From assembly GCF_006345805.1 (NCBI RefSeq), contig NC_043005.1:930001-994000 (forward strand): DNA of 64,000 bases, written 5' to 3'. Positions 48,706 to 61,663 of the stretch are shown piece after piece. Within the stretch, counting starts at the first letter, position 1. Each line of letters begins with the position of its first letter. Under the pieces are notes generated by a model, which worked only from the letters and a program-made list of their open reading frames with translations, searched no databases and was not told the origin of the DNA. The stretch is from Octopus sinensis. Its lineage: Eukaryota. The translations under genes and the position numbers were made by a program.

Positions 48706-49284
48706 AAAAGCAATAAAGATTCAAGTTAATTTAAATGAATTTACTTGAATATGGTACCTAACTTAGATGCACCAAAAAAACTATACTGTTTTAACAATAC
48801 AGTAATGTGGGGTGATTATAAGCGAGAAAGAAGCAACAAGAATGGATAGGTTTTTAGTACAATCGTTTCATACAAGGACAGGCTTTATTAAAAGTTGTAA
48901 AAATTACAGCATATAAACGTGTCCCGTACTCATCAGCTAAAATACATGTGAGTTCTCTAGACATCCTAGTGGTTGAGGCTATACTCATGAAGTAATGTAG
49001 ATAATTAAGTAACACAAACAGATTTCCAAAGTTCATTAAAGTTCTTTAAAGATGATGTACAGTCTTATCACAGAATTTTAAAAAAGTTCTAATAGCATCA
49101 CAGAGAAGGTGACCTAATCCATAGAGCACATATGAAATTCCAGAGATATGATGAGGGATTACATACTCACAGAAGACAAATTTATCAAATTTATCCATTG
49201 TTAATCACAACGAGGTGGGTCTCAATTCCTGCTTATTAGCATTACAGAGAGGGTGAATTAATCCTTTGTATAGATGCACAAATT

Positions 49285-49928
49285 GTGCCTCACCGAGGCA
49301 ATGACTAGTGACCGGGACCTCTGGAAATATGCTGTGCTTGAGAAGACTCAGCAAGCGCAAGTGAGACCATAACATTGTGGCCTACGCCAGGGGTGTAACC
49401 AGTCCACTTATGCGTGCCTTTCCTTCATTAGACACTAAACTCTGCTTGCGAAGACTTGTTGAGGCAAGTGAAATCAAATTCGATGACTGGCATCTGTGCT
49501 AGTGGAGTGCTAAGAGAACCATACGAGTGAGATTGGGGCCAGAGCAACAAGCTGGCCTCTGATCCGATGGCACACTAAAAACACCATTCAAGTGTGATCG
49601 TTATCTGCATCGCCTTCTAGCACTTGTGCTCGTTGCACGTAAAAAAAAACAGTCGAGTGAGGTCGTTGCCAGTGCCGCTGGACTGGCTCCTGTGCAGGTG
49701 GCACATAAAAAGCACCATTTGGGCGTGGTCGTTGCCAGTACCACCAGACTGGCTCTCGTGCTGGTGGCACGTAAAAGCACCCACTACACTCTTGGAGTTG
49801 TTGGCATTAGGAAAGGCATCCAGCTGTAGAAACTCTGCCAGATCCAATTGGAGTCTGGTTCGCCAGCCCTCAGTCAAATCGTCCAACCCATGCTAGCATG
49901 GAAAGTGGACGTTAAACAACGATGATGA
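49285..49928 (+). mobile_element. RTE 3' end (last codons + 3' UTR + (GAT)n)
   Basis: gcctcaccgaggcaatgactagtgaccgggacctctggaaatatgctgtg...gttaaacaacgatgatgac. Confidence 0.88.
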
Positions 49929-49939
49929 CGACTATTACA

Positions 49940-50191
49940 TCTGGGGACAGTCATTCTCTTTTAGTGTCTTATTAATTTAACACACTGATTTCCACTCATT
50001 TATTTTTACTAAAATTTTTGTTGCAACTAATAACTTTTTCAGTAGTCTTTGACTGTCTATAATCAGAATTCCCAGAGATTTTTGTATACATGCATGTGCA
50101 TCAGTGTGCGTGCATACACGTTTGTGTATGTATGAGTGGAAATCGGTGTGTTAAATTAATAAGGCACAAAAAGAGAATGACTTTCCCCAGA
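49940..50191. mobile_element. MITE-like element with ~60-bp terminal inverted repeats
   Basis: tctggggacagtcattctctt...gatttccactcat mirrored by atgagtggaaatc...aagagaatgactttccccaga. Confidence 0.8.
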
Positions 50192-50254
50192 CACAATAAA
50201 ACATGCTCCAACACACAAATTCACATAAAGACTCTTTCAAATCACATACAAAAA

Positions 50255-50313
<59 letters not shown>

Positions 50314-52952
50314 TGAGCCTGAGCTCCTTTCAAGTGTTGGACCTCACAGAGGCAAAGTGGCCGAGCCCATTTCGAGTATTGAGCCTCACAGAGGCAATGA
50401 ACAAGACCTGTGGCAGATACTGGTGTCACACAAATGGCACCCATTACACTTTCTGAGTGGTTAGCATTTGGAAGGGCATCCAGCTGTAGAAAGCCATGCC
50501 AGATCAGACTGGATCATAGCGCAGCCTTCCAACATGCCAGCCCAGTCGAACCATCCAAACAACGGACAATGGATGTTTAATGATGATGATGACATCCAGT
50601 CATAGAAACCATGTCAAATCAGACTGGAGCCTGGTGCAGCCCCTCAACTTACTAGCCCTTGTCAAACCGTCAAACCCATGCCAGCTTGTACAACATACAC
50701 TAAATGATGATGATGATTTTAAAATGTTGGGTAATAGGACAGAGAAACCAATTTGATGGTAGAAATAATGGAGCACTTTTTTTTTAATGGTTTAGAGGAA
50801 GCAATGGTGCCCTGGTTTTGCAAGACTTCCGAGATTATCATTGAAGTCCTCTTCAACAGCTGCAAATTGACAACCAATGAAAAGAAGAGCAGGGTGAAAA
50901 TTTCTGAAGACCAATAGTCTGGAGATGATGATGATGATGGTGGAAAGAAGCGACATGACAAACAAGTTAAGACGGCACAAGATGAGCCATATCTGAGGAG
51001 CCGAGGCTATTGTGACAGGCAGTGTGGAGAGGGCACATCGATGGATGAAGGAATGGAGATTGTTGCTAAAAGCTTCCTACCTGTCAGACAGGTAGGTCTT
51101 TTGGGGTTGTAATAAGAGCCCTGTATCATAAGTGAGAGCAGTACTGAAATATTAAAGGACAAATAAGCATATAAATGTGTGTGTTCATATCTACTTTGAA
51201 TCACCACTTTTCAGGCCCATCATCTCTGTTCATCCCTTCACCATATGAAACTTCTCTCTAAAAAAGCTCTATCATTCCCTCGCCAGAACTAGCCCCCATA
51301 AATACTCCTCCTGTTCATAAGGCAAAGATCTTAGATTATACAACACTTCCTTAAAAAAAAAAAAGACAAACATTGAATTGATTGTGTCACACTTGCAGAA
51401 AAGTATTTGGACCATGTGCGCATGTGAATAAATCCATACTTTGGTTTCTGAAGAAACAAGAGTATAGATTTAATAATTAAACACGCACTATTCGTGTAAT
51501 CAAAGCCTCTCTTACACTAACACATGTTGAAATATTTAATGAGGATTATTATTAAACTAAATATTTATTTAAGCAATTATTTTTTCATGTAACCTTAAGC
51601 TGGTTTATTTCCACTGCATGGATGGTGTCTTCTAATAAGGGCCAACCAGTGCATTGTGAGTGAAATCTGATAAACAGAAACTGAAAGAAGCCCATTGTAT
51701 GTATAAGTATACATGTCTTACTAGCTTCTTGCTACGATAGAAGGCACTTGCCTAATGTGTTGTACCTTAGTGGTACCCATTCCATGTGGCTGTGAATCAA
51801 GCAGCTGAGCATTAGAAAGTTTTGCAAAGAATCTGAAATTGCTGTATATTAAATGTTGTTGTTCATTATCACATGTTTGAAATAGGAATTGTAAAGCAAG
51901 GAAAAAGAACCCCTGCAGTTAATTAATGAAACTACTTGGAATTGGCTTAGGTCCATTAATCCATTAGATGTTCAAGTGACAGCATCTCATTTTCTCAGAC
52001 ATCATCATTTAACGCCTGTTTTCCAGGCATGGGTTAGAGAGTTTGACAGAAGCTGGCCAACCAGAGAGCTGCACCAGGCTCCTCCATGGTTTCTATGGTT
52101 GGATGCCCTTCCTAATGCCAACCACTTTACAGAGTAGTTTTCAAGATAAAAGCCCCTGAGCTGAGAGAGGAAGTGGCTGAGAGGTTAGTGTATAACAGAG
52201 AGATGAGAGTTGTCTTACAATGGAGAGGATACTTGGCTGGCCCAGGAGGAACAGAAAGGAGAGCAAAGGGTAAGTTAGAAGAGGCAGTCAGATTGAGAGG
52301 GACAGAAATAAATGGTGTTGGAGATGTATTAGGGCCTAGCCACAGGGGACAGCGATGGGTAAACATAAAGTAGTAGAGAGGATAGAGGGTGCTGTTCGAT
52401 AATAATGCAAGGCGAGAAATATGACTGATGTAAATATCTCAATGACTGTGTGTGAAGATAAAAATAAGACATAATAATTATACTAAGAGCAGAAGCAGGG
52501 GTTCTAGAAAGGGGGAAATGAGGTTTTGAAGCTGTTGATGATTCAATGAAAATTGAAGATTGGGCTAACATCTAAATACTGAAAATAATTGGAATTTCAT
52601 CAAGAAAACCACTCACATCACAGATTTCTAAGAGATATGTTTTATTTTTTAATCCAGGTAATTAAAGAAGCAAATAGAATTTTTAGAAGCAAAAAAACAG
52701 GGGTTAGGGCTTCTATTTCAGCAGACTTAGTGTTTAAATTTAAAGGAATTTCTAACCATTTCATTACAAGTCCATACAAAACATAAAAGGTAGGCTAAAT
52801 TATTATCAAAACTATTAATATTCACAATAGTTAGGAGGTTTGAACATTGAAAATATATAATTTTGTTGCAAATCTATAAAAATCCTAAGTTAGAGCAAGA
52901 ACCTTAAACAGGATTGTGCATAATATTACAGCATAGATAAATATTTGTGCTT

Positions 52953-52959
<7 letters not shown>

Positions 52960-53002
<43 letters not shown>
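52960..53002. repeat. (TA)n microsatellite
   Basis: Directly visible; similar runs at 50258-50305 and 55133-55157, (CA)n at 56934-56981. Confidence 0.95.
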
Positions 53003-53008
<6 letters not shown>

Positions 53009-53959
53009 CACAGGTCATAATAACAGAGGAGTTAAAAGACAATTTAGTTTTAGAAACAAATGTATAAGATGAAAGGAAATAGTTTACATATGCACAATGG
53101 TATATGAAATAAGCTTTATATCAAACGGATATTAATATCAACCAATAATATGAGTATGCTACCCTTTGGTCACAGCATTACCACCAAAGTGCCTTGATGA
53201 AAGTAGTGTCTAAGAAACAATTCCTTAGTCTTCAAGGGGTCCTTGAGAGCCATTATTTAATTCCTCTTTCATGTTTTGAAGTTAATTTAAGTATATACTT
53301 TGATACACAAATTTTCTAACAACTAAAAATAGAGTCAATAAGTGTTCTGCTTAGAAAAAAAATGTTATCAATAGATTTGCATTGCTGACATTTGAGCAAG
53401 TATTACAATGCTTTACTCTTCAACTATTCTGCTTAAAACTGATTGGAGGTAAGAAGAACTGAAACAGCAGACAAGAAAAGAGAACCCAATCTGCCTTTTC
53501 TTATCAAAATGAAATAATTTAAGAGTTTGAAGAGTAATATTACAGCTAAAATTCTTTTACACGTTTCAGCACAAAGGCTGTGGCCATGCAGATAAAATTT
53601 TGGAGAACAACTAACACTGCATAAAAGCTGAGAAAAGACAACATATAGCTGAACAAAATACATAAATTGTATATACAGCAGTGAAGATCTCACAACATTT
53701 AGGTGCTAAAAAAAAATGGAAAAGCAACATGCTGCAGTATGTTGAAGAAAACATTCCAAAGCCGGTATAAAGTATCAATCATCTATAATAGGAGATGAAA
53801 GGGGATTTAGAAATTAACCTCAGTACTTATTTTTTTAAGGCCTGGTACTTATTCTATTGGTCTCTTTTGCCAAACCACTAACTTATGGGGACGTAAACAC
53901 CAAAACCAGTTGTCAAGTGGTTGTAGGAGACAAATATAGATACAAAGACACACACACAC

Positions 53960-55126
53960 CATCATCATCATTTAAACATGTTTTCCATGCTGGCATCAGT
54001 TGGATAGTTTGACAGGAGCTGACCTGCTGAAAGGTTGTTCAGGCTCCGTCTGTTTTGGCCTGGTTTCTATGGTTGGATGTCCTTCCTAACACCAACCACT
54101 TTACAGAGTGTGGACTGGGTGCTTTTTACATGGCACCAGCACTTATGAGATGCTCAGCTGGAGAGGATTGCAAGGGCATCCATGCTTTTACTTAGCTTGG
54201 TGTGTCTTTTCAAGCACAGCAAACCACCAGGAGTCTTAGTCTCCTAGCATCCTGTCTGTGAGTCCCAATGTTTGTAGATTTTTTCTCACCACTTCACCCC
54301 ATTTCTTCTTGGGTATACCCCTTCCACATGTTCCCTCTACAATCGGCACTTCTTCATGCCACTCTCTTCATTCATATGCATTACATGACCAAACCAGTGC
54401 AGTCTTCTCTTTTGCACTCTACGTCTGATGCTATGTCTTCCCAGTTTTCCTCTCAAATCACTTATGCTCTGCCTTATATGCACACTGACATTACCCATCC
54501 AGTGGAGCATACTGGCTTCATTTTTTTCAAGCCATTATATATCCTAGGAATTCATGGCCCATGCCTTACTGCCATGTCGCATGTTGTCTGTACACAGGCA
54601 TCATACAATCTGCTTTTCACTCAGAGGGAGAGGCCCTTCATTACCAACAGAGGTAGGAGCTCTCTGAACTTCACCCAACCTATTCTTATTCTAGCAGCAA
54701 TGCTTTTGGAACAACCACCCCCCATTACTAACTTGGTTACCTAAGTAATAGAAACTGTCTACTACTTCTAGGCATATAAGGGAGTCTTTTTTTCTTTTGT
54801 ACAATCCTGGTGTTTACCTGTACACCTGCCACATGTAAAGACTACTTTCTCTGTCAATCACCCAGTGACACTGCTGCACCTCTTATATGGTCATAGCTTG
54901 CACTGAATACACCTTATAGAGTTTATCCCTTTTCTACATACTGAGCAGCACCATCTTCTGCAATTTGCCTGTTTTCAATACTTTGGTCTTTGCTAAATTA
55001 ACTCTTTAGTCCCTTTGATTCTAGACCTTGCTTCCATACTTGAAACTTCTTCTCTAGTTTTAGTAGTGATTTCTTTAGTTCTCAGAGCCTTGTGAAAGGA
55101 TTTGGTAGGTGGAAATCGAAAGAAGC

Positions 55127-55157
<31 letters not shown>

Positions 55158-56140
55158 CATTATCATTTAACATCCACTAACTATGCTGGCATGGTTTGGA
55201 CAGTTTGACCGAGAACTGGCAAGCCAGGAGGCTACACCAGGCTCCCATGATCTGGCAAGGTTTCTACAGTTGGATACCCTTCCCAATGCCAATAACTCTG
55301 AGAGTGTAGTGGGTGCTTTTTATGTGCCACTGGCATGGGTGCCAATCAGGCAGCACTAGCATTGACCACAACTACGATTTCACTTGACTCAACAGGACTT
55401 CTCAAGCGCAGCATATTGCCCGACAATTGAAGGGTACTTTTAAATGGGCCAGTTATGTTACACTGGCATCAGCCATGGCTACGATCTTACTAGGCTTGCC
55501 AGGTCTTCTCAAGTACAGCATATCTCCAACGTTCTAAGGTCATGCTTCACCACCTCATCCCATGTCTTCCACAGGTTCCCTCCACTCTTAGAGTGTGACA
55601 CTTTTTCACACAGCTGTTCTCATCCATACTCAACACATGACCACACCAGTGCAGCTATACACCGGCACAGTCTCTCTTGCATACCACATCTGATGCTTCA
55701 TATGTGGGTGCTTGCACTCTGTCATGTATGCACACTGACATTACACATCCTTCGGAGCATACTGGCTTTGTTCCTTGCAAGCTTACGCATGTCCACATCA
55801 GTCACAGTCATGTTTCACTGCCGTGTAGCATGGCTGTTCGTACACAGGCATCATACAGTCTACCTTTCACTCTGGGTGAGAGGCCCTTTGTCACCAGCAG
55901 AGGTAGGCACTTCCCAAACTTTGCCCAGCCTATTCTTATTCTAGCAGCTATGCTCTTAGAGCATCCACTCCCACTTGTAGTATTTTCCACAGGTATGTGA
56001 TGGAAGTTGTTTTCTGCACATTTTCAGTGTTTATTGCTCCTGTGAATGTCACACAAAAACTATCTTCCCAGTTAACCTTCCTTTGATATTGCTGCACTTC
56101 TTATGTGTCCATAGCTTACACCGGGTGCATCTTCACAAGG
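53960..56140 (-). mobile_element. Two decayed RTE LINE 3' fragments (about 53960-55060 and 55157-56140) separated by a SINE fragment and (TA)n
   Basis: RIRIGWAKF...[21 protein letters not shown] at 55808-55990; family 3' UTRs. Confidence 0.85.
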
Positions 56141-56584
56141 CTTTGGTCAACCTGAAACTACAGTAGAAGACACTTGCCCAAGGTGCCATAGAATGGGACT
56201 GAACCTGGTTGGGAAGCAAACTTCTTACCACAGGGTTACACCTGCACTTACACACACGCACATATACTTATTTATATAAAACTACTTCAGCTCATTGCTA
56301 GAGTCTCTGCATAAGGGTCAGCCTGGACTGGTGGCCAAGTCTTATGCATTTCCTATTACATATTTACACACACCTGAAACGTACGGATTAAATGATTTTT
56401 GAACAGTTCAGTATTTGCTTTGACTTGATTATTACAATTTATACAACTCAGTGTGTGTACAAACGAGTCAGTCCAGACTGCACTTATGTGGATACTAACA
56501 ACAATTTGGTGTAGTTCATTACATTTGACTAGAGTCAAAAATTCTGCTGCTATAACATGAAATATATATATGTGTGTGTGTGTA

Positions 56585-56728
56585 CAGTCGTGGCCAAAAG
56601 TTTGAAACATTTTTTCTTTTTAATTAAAATTGTGATGCCCAATATATGCTCTGACCAAATATAACTTTGGGCATTTACTATAATAATTCTAATTTTCAGA
56701 CTGATTTACAAACTTTTGGCCATGACTG
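56585..56728. mobile_element. Tc1-type MITE (144 bp)
   Basis: TA-CAGTCGTGGCCAAAAGTTTG ... CAAACTTTTGGCCATGACTG-TA; 20-bp TIR with one mismatch and TA TSD. Confidence 0.9.
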
Positions 56729-56931
56729 TATGTATGCCTGTGTGTGTTTACATCTACAATTGTTTGCATGAAAGTACAGCAGGCGGTACTGGTATCAGTT
56801 TCTCCTGTCACTTCTTGCAATACTGTAAGTCCCCTCTTGCTTAAAAAACAGGTCAGTGTTGGTATCCAGCTGTAGAATACTGCCTCAAAGATCATACGTC
56901 CAACCCAATCAAGCTTTGAAAACATGGATTT

Positions 56932-56984
<53 letters not shown>

Positions 56985-57356
56985 TAATCTTGACATGAGT
57001 ATTTGGTTGTTTAATCAACCGAGCTTCCTACTTATTGAATTAGCATATATAAGTGGTTGAATATTTCTGAGACACACACACTCGTACATGTGTAGAAATA
57101 GTAATGTGGCCTTAATTATGGAAGGTACTGTATAGAGAGTGAATTAATTAAACTTGTATATGAAAACATATTAATGCATTTTGCTGATAAGTAAGTTAAG
57201 TGTTAGGCTCTTGAGAAAGAAATCTTGAGTATTTAGCAGCTGTCATAGGCTTATTGTTGCTTCTTTTTAGCTGGGGGTAGACACTTACCTATCAACTTGA
57301 TGAAATATATTTTCATAGATATATACTATTTTATTGAAACCAAAAAAACTTCACAA

Positions 57357-57398
57357 AACTGTTACCTAGAGTTTCACATGACCATTCATCAGACAGTT
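57357..57398 (-). ncRNA. Minimal type I hammerhead-like motif
   Basis: aactgt-CTGATGA-atggtcatgt-GAAA-ctctagg-TA-acagtt; perfect 6-bp helix I, weak helix II. Confidence 0.7.
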
Positions 57399-57625
57399 GT
57401 GATAATATGGAATAATAAGTTTATGTGAGTATATTTAATATAGTATTTAGTGGACTATGAATAAGCATTTCAATTTGATTGAGTACTCTACTTTGGTCAG
57501 CCCCCACTGACAGCTATGAATTTTAAATTAGTTACCCATTGAGATGGAAACATTTATTTGTTGAACTGTATCTACTAAAGACTATTATATATACTCACAA
57601 AATTTTATTATTCCATTATTATTCC

Positions 57626-57667
57626 AAGTGTCTGATGAATAATCATGTGAAACTCTGAGTAACAATT
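57626..57667 (+). ncRNA. Minimal type I hammerhead-like motif
   Basis: aagtgt-CTGATGA-ataatcatgt-GAAA-ctctgag-TA-acaatt. Confidence 0.65.
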
Positions 57668-58602
57668 TTGCAAAGTTTTTTTGGCTTTAATAAAATAGTA
57701 AATCTTCCTTTGGTGTTCAAAGTTATTTTATCCCACTTGTGTGTGTGTGTGTGTGTCATTTGCTGTATGGTTCCTTAAGCAATTATTATTGCTTAGTTAT
57801 TACTTTCGCATAGATTGAAGGCATTAACATACAACCACATCGATACACAAACAGTGAGAAGATAACATACAAAGCTGGCAAGTGACAACAGATTTTAAAA
57901 AAACAAAACAACAGTGATATTTTTCTGCGTCCAGGAAAAATCCGTGGGTACTGGATACAGTGATGCTAAGGTGGTGGAAAGGGGTGGCAGGGCAGAAAAA
58001 AGTAACATACCTTCCCAATTGTTGAACCATTCTCAGCAGTTATAGGTTTGTTTATTTTTGTATTTTTTATATCTATATATATAAACCAGGTGGATGATCC
58101 AAAAGGGCAAATCCCTTAGATTTATCTCCCTTATGTGAGAGAAGAGAACAAAAGAGAAAAAGGCTGGCTTTAGAAGAAGAAGAAATTTGAAGCCAAACTT
58201 TAGCAGTAAACTAGTTGTTGAATGCTTTAAGTTCAATTTCTTTTCAAAGATTTCCATTTATTTTTTTTTTTAATTGCATAATACTTATTCATAAACACAC
58301 ACACAAACATCATCATTTAACATCCACTCTTTTATGCAGGTATGGGTCAGATGAAATTTGTTGAGGCAAATATTCTATGGCTGGATGCCCTTTCTGTCAC
58401 CAACCCTCACCTGGTTCCCAAGCAAGGTAATAATATTTCCCCATGACCAGACATATTTTTCAAGGATGATAGGAAATGGAACAACACTGCATGTATGACA
58501 GTGATGCTTATTTACAACCTGATGTTAAGATAACAATATATGTATATAATAATAAATATGACAGGCTTCTTTCAGTTTCCCAATCCATTCATAAGGGTTT
58601 GA

Positions 58603-59441
58603 TGATCTGCTGGGGCTAGAGTAGAAGACACTTGTCGAAGGTACCATGCAATGGGACTGAACCCAAGATTTCATGATTGGGAAGCAAGCTTCTTAACTAC
58701 ACAGCCACACCTGTGGTTAAAAAACATGTGCGTGTGTGCACATAAGAAGACCTATTTACAATAATTCCCCATCGACAACCTGGAATTATTTCTTTTGATA
58801 GCATATGCTGTCTGCAATATAACCAGATCATGACAGGAATCTTGTAGAGTTCAACATAAAAGATGAAATCTTTAAAATACTTTACTGTATTTCTGAATGA
58901 AACTTATTTGTTTTTCTTGAAATTGCAGAAAATCTAACCTCAATTTAATTTCTTCAAAAGTTGTAACAAGAATGAGTAAAATACAAATGAAGAAATCTCA
59001 TGAAGAGGAATTGCTGATTCTGCTGGGGCTAGAGTAGAAGACACTGTAGAAGGTACATGCAATGGGACTGAACCAAAAGATTTCATGATTGGAAGCAAGC
59101 TTCTTAAACTACACAGCCACAACCTGTGGTTAAAAAACATGTGGTGTCTGAGCGGGTGTGTGAACATATAAAGAAGACCTATTTACAATTAATTCCCATC
59201 GAACACCTGGAATTATTTCTTTTGATAGCATATGCTGTCTGCAATATAACCAGATCATGACAGGAATCTTGTAGAGTTCACATAAAATGAATTAATATTT
59301 AAAATACTTTACTGTATTTCTGAATGAAACTATTTGTTTTTCTTGAAATTGCAGAAAATCTAACCTCAATTTAATTTCTTCAAAAGTTGTAACAAGAATG
59401 AGTAAAAATACAAATGAAGAAATCTCATGAAGAGGAATTGC
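58603..59441 (+). repeat. Tandem duplication (412 and 427 bp) including a SINE head
   Basis: 58603-59014 vs 59015-59441; differences are mostly 1-bp indels. Confidence 0.92.
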
Positions 59442-60149
59442 CACTGAAGTCTGCTTCAATATGTGGCTGTTTTACTTGATGACATATTCTTCTGCTAGCC
59501 GGATGAGTAAAGTGAATTTGTTAATTAATGAACATCAACAGAATAAGAGCTGTCACCATGGTGATTTCATAAGATATTTTCTCTTGTACAGAAGAGTTTT
59601 AGTCATAGCCACCATTGCATTCTTCTGTGGCCACAGCAGAGAATTGAAAACCTACCTAGTAGCAGGGTCGGTGAAAACAGGTCGAAACTGACTCACTATA
59701 GGAGGGCAGTTATTCTAAATATGAATTGATACATTAAAAAGGAACTTTATTTAGTCCTATCACAGTAGTAGTGGAAGTAAAAATGCAGTCTGTCTACAGA
59801 GTGAAGTGGTTGGTGATAAGAGGAGTACTCAGCCATAAAAACTTTGTCTGAAATGGAACAAATGAATGAAGGAGAGATGGACTCTGGAAGTTGTATTGCA
59901 AACAAAGTCTCAGGAACAGCAGCAACTTGGAATAAAAACTGATAAAAAGTTGAAAGGACTATTCTTAGCATGATAAAATGCACCCACTTCACGCATGATC
60001 GAAAAGACACCCAATCCAGCCCCACAAAAACCATCAAAACAAAATGTTGATGTTCTCTGTAGCTGGGTGGTAGTAGTTTATAACAGGTGGCTACACCACA
60101 GAGTAAGATACTTTGAGGCCCATTCATGTAAAGGAAAACACTTGTGATA

Positions 60150-60680
60150 ATGATCATGATATAGGGTGACCCATAATCATTTGGACTATTGTTCTCACCT
60201 ATTGATCCCATAATGTTAATATCATAGCTGAACTGAAATCAATAGAACAGTTCTACTAAAAAGATGGCCCCTATGCAACAGCCGAACAATTGCGATGGAT
60301 ATGCAGCAGTTTATAACAGAGGGACTGGCACCCAACTTTGACATAGAAAGCTATGCAAATCTACAAATGGAAATCCACAGCATAGTGACCAAAGTGCCAC
60401 TTATTCCTTCCAGTGTTGGGACTAGGTTCCATAATAACTTGTGGCTTAAAGAGCTGCAGTTCTTCAATATCCTTTGCTAATACATGAAGGATCAGTATGG
60501 AGTAAATGTCAACATAGTCTTCTAAGATCTTAAATGGATTCACATTACAGCAAGAGACATAGGAAGGAATCAATACCAAGCTTACTTGCTTCTCCTTACA
60601 ATACAAAACAGAACAAAAGCTGTGATAGCATTTATAGCAGTGCCCCAGCATGGCCACAACCAACTGACTGTAAAGAATAA
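60150..60680 (+). mobile_element. CR1/L2-group LINE 3' remnant
   Basis: LDYCSHL...EGLAPNFDI...LQFFNIL remnants; tail gcagtgccccagcatggccac...tgactgtaaagaata. Confidence 0.7.
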
Positions 60681-61358
60681 AGAGTTTGATGATAAACATT
60701 GCTAAGCTGCTTACACATGGATGGCTTATTGCTTTCTAAAACTAATTTTACATCTATTTTCCCATGTTAGCATGGGCAGAATTATTTTAGCAGTTAAGGC
60801 ATTTCTAATCATTCAACCGTGAAACTGGAATAGTCCTTATTTTCAATTTGCTTAAGAAGTGCAAAACAATAGGAAGATTTTAACTCCTAGCTGTGTGGTC
60901 AGTAGCCCAGAAACTTATTCTTTCTGACAATATGCTTCTCTAGTAAGAAAATGACAATTCTATATGAGAGAAGACTTTAGCAAAATTGACCATACACATG
61001 GGATTTCATTTGTTTTAAGTAAATGATGAAACATTTGGAGGCTGCTCAGAATTCTTGTGCATCTGTTACAATAATGTAGAGTTAGAACAGAATGTAGTTC
61101 TTTGTACAGAAAAAAACCCCAAAAAACAATTATGTATAAAATCAGAGTTTTGGTATTTTACAATGAAAGAAATTTAAGAACAAGTGCAGACATTGCTGTT
61201 TAGCTGAAAAGTTCACAGTTGCAGGCTTGTTCCTAGTCTATAGCAAATATCGTCTGTGACAGCTTTGAGTTGACCAGTATTCAATGAGAGGAATCTGCTA
61301 AACAGGGACTGTGTGGAGGCCTGTTATGTGTGTGTGTGTATGAATGTATGTGTATATT

Positions 61359-61663
61359 TATTTTACTTGTTTCAGTCATTTGACTGCAACCATGCTGGAG
61401 CACCACCTTAAAGGCTTTTTTAGTTGAAGAAATTGACTCCAGGACTTATTCTTTGTAAGCCTGGTACTTTATTGATCTCTTTTGCCAACCCACTAAGTTA
61501 TGGGGATGTTAACATATCAACATCGCTTGTCAAGAGATGTGGGGTGGGGGGGCAACATAGAGTTTCTGTCTACCAAATCCATTCACAAGGTGCCACACAG
61601 TAGGACTGAACCCAGAACCATGTGGTTGGGAAGCAAGCTTCTCACCACACAGCCATACCTGCA
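61359..61663 (-). mobile_element. tRNA-derived SINE, internally deleted (family of 30704-31109)
   Basis: Head ggtatggctgtgtggtgagaagcttgc, B-box ggttcagtcc, tail ...gtcaaatgactgaaacaagtaaaa. Confidence 0.88.

Larger units (their letters stand above)
57324..57700. mobile_element. Fold-back element with ~120-bp inverted arms, each carrying a minimal hammerhead motif
   Basis: tactattttattgaaaccaaaaaaac...tgtgagtatat mirrored by atatactcaca...gtttttttggctttaataaaatagta. Confidence 0.85.

Noticed and set aside
50790-51135. Coding-looking + strand frame with a poly-Asp run
   Set aside because: Internal stop, no splice support, and the (GAT)n run explains the composition.
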